Below, piece after piece: positions 55,583 to 64,000 of a stretch of 64,000 nucleotides of DNA. This DNA is from Eledone cirrhosa (lineage: Eukaryota), in contig OZ024753.1 of assembly GCA_964016885.1 (NCBI GenBank), forward strand, positions 14,942,001 through 15,006,000. The letters run 5' to 3'. The notes under the pieces are model-generated. The model searched no databases. It had not been told where the DNA came from and worked only from the letters and a program-made list of their open reading frames with translations. Position 1 is the first letter of the stretch. Every line of letters starts with the position of its first letter. Made by a program: the position numbers and the translations under genes.

Positions 55583-55996
55583 CATATTATGTTTTTTAAA
55601 ATTATTATTATAATACAGAGTGACCTTAAAGTCTGGACACATAAGCAAAACACATATTTTCAATAACATAAATTCAATAACATTTTATATAATTGAAATA
55701 TCAATAAAGTAGTATAGTTAATATGAAATATTATAGGATATGTAATAACAGACAAAGTTTCAAAATGTCGGTACAATGTGGTTGGAATACATATGACAAA
55801 ACAAAATAATGTATTACCCAGTATATTTCAGCGTAATATTTCAGGGTTATCATCCACTTTTCAGATGTTAAGCAGAAATAGTTCAAGACAAAATACAATG
55901 GTCGATGTGTTTTTCCTTAACTGGCGTATGTATTTGAAATACGCATGCGCGAAGTCGTTATACCAGCCAATCAGGTTTTTGCATTCCCAATCTCTA

Positions 55997-56177
55997 AATA
56001 ATTGTTTCTACTTTAGGCACAAGGCCAGCAAATTGAAGCAGTGGGGAAAGTTGATTAAATCGACCCCAGTACATTACTGGTACTTTATTTTATTGACCCC
56101 GTAAGGATGAAAGGCAAAGCTAACCTCGGCGGGATTTAAGCTCAGAATATAAAGGGCCGTAACCCTATGTCGCAAAG
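55997..56177 (-). mobile_element. SINE family B
   Basis: Matches the family core. Confidence 0.85.
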
Positions 56178-56301
56178 TAAAAACCAACAGATGCATGTGT
56201 TTTTATTGGCAGCATGACCCTCCCTAAGTATAAAAACATATTATATATGGACGAATTTATTGCAACCTTACAACAACTATATATATTTATGCGTGTGTGT
56301 G

Positions 56302-56373
<72 letters not shown>

Positions 56374-56415
56374 AAATAAAAAGAGAATCAGTGTTGCGCC
56401 GAATGGAATTTATTG

Positions 56416-56511
56416 GACATATTACAATCGTTTCTCTGGCGACCAGCTCGAGGCACGATCGATGTGGTGATCGAACCTGACTCTGGAAATCGCAAGGTCC
56501 TCAGATACGTC
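56416..56511 (-). ncRNA. Type I hammerhead motif with an extended stem II
   Basis: Minus strand: gacgtat CTGAGGA [~63 nt structured stem II] GAAA cgattg TA atatgtc; 7 bp stem I; lies in a ~175 bp insert in (TA)n. Confidence 0.75.
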
Positions 56512-56540
56512 TTGATTCTACGAAGCAGATTTTCCAAATC

Positions 56541-56893
<353 letters not shown>

Positions 56894-57858
56894 ATATATA
56901 TATATATATATATATATATAAGATAGTGATAAATATGGGGAGGTTATATATAGGAGATGAATGAGTTGGGTATAAGACTGAGGCATTAGGAAATGGGAAA
57001 CAGATCAATGTATTAATCGCTTATGGAAAACATTCAGTGTGTCCAACGATCTATTGCCAGCCCAGTGTCCAGGTTTGAAGTAGACTGCAATGGCACCATG
57101 ATGAATCTAGTGGTGATGAGTGATGAAAACATGAGAGAATGGGATGAAGTGGAACAGGTTGCCAACTTGGCATGGTTTTAAATGCTGGAACGGTTGGCAA
57201 TGTATTTATTTTCTTAAAGATAAAAGAGATACCATTTGGTAACGAATTATATTTTGATAAATCGCAGTAAATCTTTTATTCTCTTCTGTTATTTGCAAAT
57301 ATATATGTATGTGTTTAACTTCTACACACACACACACACACACATATACGTGTCTGTGTATCTATATATAAGTATATACATGTATATTTATCATCCAGCT
57401 ATCTGTCAGGTTGGCTATATATATATATGAGTGTGTGCGTGTGTGTAGGAGTGAGGGCATGTGTGTGCGTGTGTGATTGTAGACACCTGACCATTTCAGC
57501 AGAGCTACCAATGAATAGACATTGTTAGCTTAAGTGAACCTTAAAAATAAGGAGTGGCACCCCCAAGTGTGAACTTGTCTATAGAATTCTTTCTGCTTTT
57601 GTTACTCTAAATATAGTTTTTAAAGAATTCCCCTTTCTTTAAACCCATCAACCAATGACCTCCACCCATCCCAATGACCACTCTCTCCTACCACCAGAAA
57701 AGATATAAATACCACCATATTACTTGGACAGTCAGCTTCCTGATGAAACAGTTTTACTCCTGTAGAAGCCATTTCTTTATTAAATATTTATAGTCTGCTA
57801 TTTATTGAGTACCTTACTTACTGTGGTTACCCCCAATTGACCCCGGGATAAATTTTAA

Positions 57859-57891
<33 letters not shown>

Positions 57892-58006
57892 TAAAAAAAT
57901 AATGAATAAAACAATGAAACAGTTCCTTATATTAAACCAAAAAAGTTCATTATTTAACGATCTCCATACGGATTGGACACTACCGTAAACTCTTGGTAGA
58001 TTTATC

Positions 58007-58127
<121 letters not shown>

Positions 58128-58227
58128 TTGAAATTGCAAACTTGACTGTCACCACCGTTTCGACGGCTATTTCTGGAAATAGCCGTCGAAACGGCTTGAG
58201 CTCTGCCGTCGAGATTATACCTTTTCC

Positions 58228-58261
<34 letters not shown>

Positions 58262-58462
58262 CAGCTCTAACCCATAAATATATCATGTATTTAGTATAAT
58301 TTATTAAAATATTTAATGGGCACTTTGAAATGTATCCTATAGTTTACACCCTGGGCCAATTGCCAGTTGAAATCATGTATACCTTATATATCTGGCCTAT
58401 ATCTAACAACAATTGAAATATAGCCTATATTTCGCATCTGACTTAAGCCTATTATCTGTTTA

Positions 58463-58652
58463 AGGGCGGTGGATTGACAGTATCGGTAGAGGGTTGGACG
58501 CCTTGCTTTCCAGCATAGTTACGTCCCTTTACGATCTGAGTTCAAATCCCGCCGAGGTTGACTTTGCCTTTCATCCTTACGGGGTCGATAAAATAAAGTA
58601 CCAGTAATGCACTGGTTAATTGCTGGCCTTGTGCCTAAAGTAGAAACAATTA
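58463..58652 (+). mobile_element. SINE family B, full-length reference copy (Nin-domain-like core)
   Basis: GGGCGGTGGATTGACAGTATCGGTAGAG head, B box GAGTTCAAATCC, core GCCTTTCATCCTTACGGGGTCGATAAAATAAAGTACCAG, end GTAGAAACAATTA. Confidence 0.9.
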
Positions 58653-58844
58653 TCTGTTTAAACGTGGCCTACATTTCACATCTGTGCTGGGTATATTACA
58701 TGTTGATCTAAATCTATTACCAGCGTTGCTGTGACCTACTTGTAGCTTGCAAATTGGAACGATGACAAAGATGGTGGACATAAATGAGAAGACTTTGTAA
58801 TTAACAAACAGCTGTAATGAAGTCACAGCTGGTCTGTGGTGCCA

Positions 58845-59900
58845 CAACGACGACGACAATGATGACGACTTGGCGACAACAGCAGCAGCAATGAAAACAA
58901 CGACAATGATGACAACAACAACGACAATAATGACAACAACAACGACAATAATGACAACAACAACGACAATGATGACAACAACAACGACAATAATGACAAC
59001 AACAACGACAATGATGACAACAACAACGACAATAATGACAACAACAACGACAATGATGACAACAACAACGACAATAATGACAACAACAACGACAATAATG
59101 ACAACAACAACGACAATAATGACAACAACGACAATAATGACAACAACAACGACAATAATGACAACAACAACGACAATAATGACAACAACAACGACAATGA
59201 TGACAACAACAACGACAATAATGACAACAACAACGACAATGATGACAACAACAACGACAATGATGACAACAACAACGACAATAATGACAACAACAACGAC
59301 AATAATGACAACAACAACGACAATAATGACAACAACAACGACAATAATGACAACAACAACGACAATAATGACAACAACAACGACAATAATGACAACAACA
59401 ACGACAATGATGACGACGTTGGCGACAACAGCAGCTATGACAACAACGACAATAATGACAACAACAACGACACTGAAGACAACAACGATGACAACAACAA
59501 CGATGACAACAACAACGATGACAACAACGATGACAACAACGACACTGAAGACAACAACGATGACAACAACAACAAGAACTACGACAACAACGATGACAAC
59601 AAGAACTACGACAACAACAACGATGACAACAACAACAACAACGACGACAACAACAACTGTAACAACAACAACAAAGACAATAACAACAACGATGACAACA
59701 ACAACAAAGACAATAACAACAACGACGACAACGACAACAACAACAACAACAACGACGACGACAACAACGATGACAACAACAACAAAGACAACAACAACAA
59801 CCACGACAACAACAACGACAACAATAACAGCAGCAACGATGACAACGTTGTCGTCAACAACACGACAACAACACCACCGCGACGACAACAGCAGCAGCAG
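58845..59900. repeat. (ACA/ACG/ATG) trinucleotide repeat with a 21 bp higher-order unit
   Basis: Unit ACAATAATGACAACAACAACG. Confidence 0.96.
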
Positions 59901-61393
59901 CACCCAACTGTAGCCTCCTTTTGACTGATATTTCTTCTCAATACGTCTTGAGACTCCCGACGCCATTCTAAATCCTATCTTTTCCTATCGATATTCTCAG
60001 AAATCAATTAAAACAAAGACATTTACAATTCAACCAAGTTCGCATATTAAATTTAAAAATAAAAGAACCCCCCCCCCCCAAATGAAAGATAAAAAGAAAC
60101 AAAGAAATAAGATTAAATAGCGAAACTAATGAAAAGGAGGCGGAGTGGCTGGTGTAGATCCCATTGGTGTATCTCATAAACTGACGAAGACATTGCCGAG
60201 GAGATCAGCCAGCGATACTCACTGCACCAGCCACGTGGATTTTTCAGTATTTTTGAGTATTTATAGCTTATATGTTATAATTAATTATATCGTTGTGTGG
60301 TTAAAGCTTGTGAATGGAATTTGGTATGCAGAGACTCACTGGAAGCCTGTCATAGAGGCATATGTGTGTGTGTGCGTGTGCGTGCATGTTTACAGTTTCT
60401 GTTTCTTTGTTAACCTGTAACTTAGCAGTTCTACGAATAGATATCGATAAAATACTAAAAGATATCGAGTACTAGATTTGAAGAAAATACTGAAGTTGAT
60501 ATTGACTTCCTCAAACATATGTGTGTGTGTAAGTGCATGTTTGTGTCTGCACCTGTGTTTATCTGTCGTAACTAAGCGTTTCCTAAAAACTATGATTAAC
60601 ATTAACATAAGAGCCAGACTTGGAAGCTGTAAATACTGGAGTCGATATGATTGGCTAAATCCTTGAGCTACCCCGGAAGCAGTCGAGTGAGAGGAACCAG
60701 TAAACATATAAATGAATGAGAGAACAAAACCTAAAAGAAACAAATACTTCGTCTTGCTATGGATCTCTGAAGAGGCTATTATAGAATATTTCCACTGTTA
60801 AATATTCAGTTGAAAAGGAAAATCAGGGTAGAGAGGGAAGTGCGCTCTTTCCAGCATTTTGTTGAAAGATGGGTGAGAGAGGCAAGAATGGCCTACTCTG
60901 AGTATGTGCCTGTAAATTGAAGGTGGAAAACAGGGAGAGGGCACTTGCCCTGGTGGTCAGGGTCACCGTGGCTTTTTTAATGGGCTTTCTCCACGATGGC
61001 CCTCGGAAGTCTCCCCCCTATTGGGGAATTTTTCATTGTTTCTTTTTTTGTCACATCCTCTGTTTTTTTTTTTCTTTTTTTACACGCAGAAATGCCCCTT
61101 TATATTGTCCTGTATTGTCCTTAATGTCTTATTTTGTGTAAACCCTTGTGGTTAATAAAGGAACCATTATAATTATTATTATTATTATGGTGATGATGAT
61201 GATGACGCAATATTCACGAGAATTCTACTTAGAACGACAATAAGCACATTGAAAATATTCTAAGAATATTCCCACCGCCGTTGAATTTATGAATACTTAA
61301 TATATGGAAAAACTAGAAAAAGTGGATTTACAAAACAAGCTAGCAGAGAAAAGCGGACGTAAAATGATGATGATGATGATGATGATATATATG

Positions 61394-61426
<33 letters not shown>

Positions 61427-61982
61427 TTACAGGCAGAGAGAGAAAGAGAGAACCTATTAGCTTGAAATATGGTATTTAAACAAATAATACGTTTCGTTGT
61501 TTATTCCGAAATTTCAATATTTATAATAAACTTCGGATTACATATATATTACTTTTTCATGGGTATATCCGTTTTTAATCTCTTTATCATAAAAAAAATT
61601 AATCTGGTTGTTATGGTAACGAATAAAAGTCGTTTTCTAGACCGAATATCGATCCCAAAAACTTGGACAAGGGCACAACCTTAGTTTATTATTGGTTAAG
61701 TAGGGAAAGAAGCTGATTGCTAGATCGGATCAAAGGAATCACATTTTTATTTGCCTTTCTATAGCTGATAATATCTGCCAGTCGAAACTTCTGAATAGAA
61801 TGAGGTGGATTTGACCTCAGAACACACACAGCCGGATTATATACCGCAAAGCACACTGCCCGGCCCTTTAAATTACCCACCAATCCACAAAAACTGGAAT
61901 AGGTACTGTATTTCCCGGCGCCGAAGACGCTTCGTCCTCGAGAACGCACCCTAATTTTGACAACCAAAAATTTGAAAAAAAA

Positions 61983-62320
61983 TGTTTCTACTTTTTGGCA
62001 CAAGACCAGCAATTACTCAGTACATTACTGGTACTTTATTTTATCAACCCCGTAAGGATGAAAGGCAAAGTTAACCTCGACAGGATTTGGCCGTAATATT
62101 TGACTTAATAACGGTTTCTTATATAGGCACAAGGCCAGTAATTTGGGGGGAGGGGAAAGTCGATTAAATCGACCCCTGGTACTTTATTTTATCGACCCCA
62201 TAAGGATGAAAGGCAAAGTTAACCTCGTCGGCGGGATTTGAGCTCAGATCATAAAGAGCCGTAACTTATGCTGCAAAGCATGGCGTCCGACCCTCTACCG
62301 ATACTGCCAATCCACCGCCC
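61983..62320 (-). mobile_element. Two SINE family B copies (61983-62090 partial; 62112-62320)
   Basis: Match the family core; the first abuts a partial pogo-like MITE at 61905-61982. Confidence 0.85.
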
Positions 62321-62979
62321 TATTTATTTGACTTAATAACGGGACATAAAAACTCACTGAACCGGAATAGGTACCCATCTTTTCCGTTCACTGGGGTTAT
62401 ACGCTCCGATATTAAGACTACGTTATGAATTCAAATGTAACGACCCCACCAGCGATGCCCGTAGAAATTTGTCTCTCAGCTCAGCATTTTAGTTTTAGGA
62501 GGGTTTGAATTTTTGAATTTAATACCTGAATAACGTTTCAATACCAATTACTTAATTACTTGCGCGAAGCTACCTTTGATATGTAAAATTGGGAGGTTTG
62601 ATGTATATCCACATTTTTTGTGTATGAGACCCCCTCCCCACCTGAAGTGCCTCCCCGCCGCCAAGGTCTAAATCCAACCTTGGGTCAACTCAAACCTGAA
62701 ATCTAATCCTGGGTCGACCCAATCCTTGTGAGTAAACCCGGATTGACGGAAACCGTTTGGAAGCCTGTCGGATGTACGGAACCTACAATTCCAACACCCA
62801 GCCTTGTCACACATTGTGTAGTATTGAATCTCATTGTGAATTACGTTGAAGTGCACACGTGTCTATGTGGAATGCTCAGCCACTTATTCTAAAATACAAA
62901 ATAGACGGAACCTACAACTCAAACATCTAGCCATGTCACACATTGTGACGTATTGAATCTCCCTGAGTGAATAGGTAGT

Positions 62980-63148
62980 ACCCAATTTCCCGGCACCGAA
63001 GACGCTTCGTCCTCGAGGACGCACCCTAATTTTTGACAATCAAAAATTTGAATAAAAATAAACAACCTTCGGCCTTCAGGACGCATGGTACGTTTTTGAG
63101 ACTTATTTTAGGAAAAAAGTAGCGTCTTCGACGCCGGGAAATACGGTA
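62980..63148. mobile_element. Tc1/mariner (pogo-like) MITE
   Basis: TIRs ATTTCCCGGCACCGAAGACGC / GCGTCTTCGACGCCGGGAAAT with TA flanks; left half also at 61905-61982. Confidence 0.75.
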
Positions 63149-63589
63149 CATTACAGATTACATATGTTAGTAGAATGTTGAGACACTTTTACTATAACAC
63201 AAGATTACACGTATTAAAGCCTGGTACTTACTTTGAACTTTGCAAAATTCGATCCACTTGATATATTGTCCATATCAAGTACCTTACAGACAGTTCATTA
63301 TGTAGAGAGGGTGGAGTGGGGGTAAATGGATGGAACCATTTTACTTTCCTTTCTAATTACTTATTCTATTCATTCAGCAAAAATAAATTCGTTCCATCAA
63401 GAGGCTCCAGTTATCTCTTGTAATTTATTCATAGAACGGTCAATTAGAAGAATCGTGACAGCGTTGGACAAATAACTTGCGATAATTGTTTCAGCTCTCT
63501 GCGTCCTGAGTTCAAATCTTGCCAGGGTCAACTGCACCTGTCATATTTCCGTAATCGATAAATACAATAGTAGACCAGGACTGGTATCG

Positions 63590-63632
<43 letters not shown>

Positions 63633-63805
63633 TCGACTACGCTGCACTGGTAGTCTCTCATCCATGATAGTAGAGAAGGTTAGTCTAGAGCAGCGTTCCT
63701 CAACCCTTTTTACCCATGTGGAACGCTTGAAATAGTTTTCATGTATCAGGGAATCCCTGCATAAAAATTATTATATACCTTTATTAATATTATTAATAAA
63801 GGTAT

Positions 63806-63927
63806 ATGATCTGAGTTCAAATACCGCCGAGGTTGACTTTGCCTTTCATCCTTACGGGGTCGATAAAATAAAGTACTAGTAATGCACTGGGTAATTGCTG
63901 GCCTTGTGCCTAAAGAAGAAACAATTA
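63806..63927 (+). mobile_element. 5'-truncated SINE family B next to a hAT MITE left end (63691-63780)
   Basis: Family core present; upstream GTCTAGAG-CAGCGTTCCTCAACC. Confidence 0.8.
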
Positions 63928-64000
63928 ATATTATTAATATCTATCTCTTTTAGAGATTGAAGCCTTTATTATAATAACCAAGGGTTTTCCAACAATATGC

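Noticed and set aside
57735-57775. CTGATGA-aacag..ctgta-GAAG; similar weak motifs at 29476-29510 and 60767-60800
   Set aside because: Incomplete cores or no stem I/III, so not counted as hammerheads.
58650-59966. 438 aa poly-V and 347 aa poly-T ORFs (also 22653-23211 and 38074-39479) as mucin-like or membrane proteins
   Set aside because: Trinucleotide repeats open in several frames, with no signal peptide, domain or splice context.

Overview
AT-rich eukaryotic (animal) DNA that is almost entirely repetitive. The repeat complement resembles an octopus/coleoid cephalopod genome (inference). I find no intact host protein-coding gene; most long ORFs in the track are translations of microsatellites or minisatellites. 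Contents: two tRNA-headed SINE families in many copies; decayed Penelope-like elements (PLEs) with GIY-YIG endonuclease; RTE, Dong/R4 and probable CRE non-LTR fragments; two Helitrons; hAT, piggyBac and Tc1/mariner MITEs; and three adjacent, apparently related minisatellite arrays (26, 58 and 50 bp units). The strongest signal outside the ORF track is about 20 minimal type I hammerhead-ribozyme (HHR) motifs, identified by eye, in several sequence families. They sit in short non-coding elements inserted into (TA)n tracts and often form fold-back palindromes with an HHR on each strand. One example is a tandem trimer of ~180 bp ambisense-HHR hairpins at 20173-20750, which resembles a retrozyme or viroid-like RNA.
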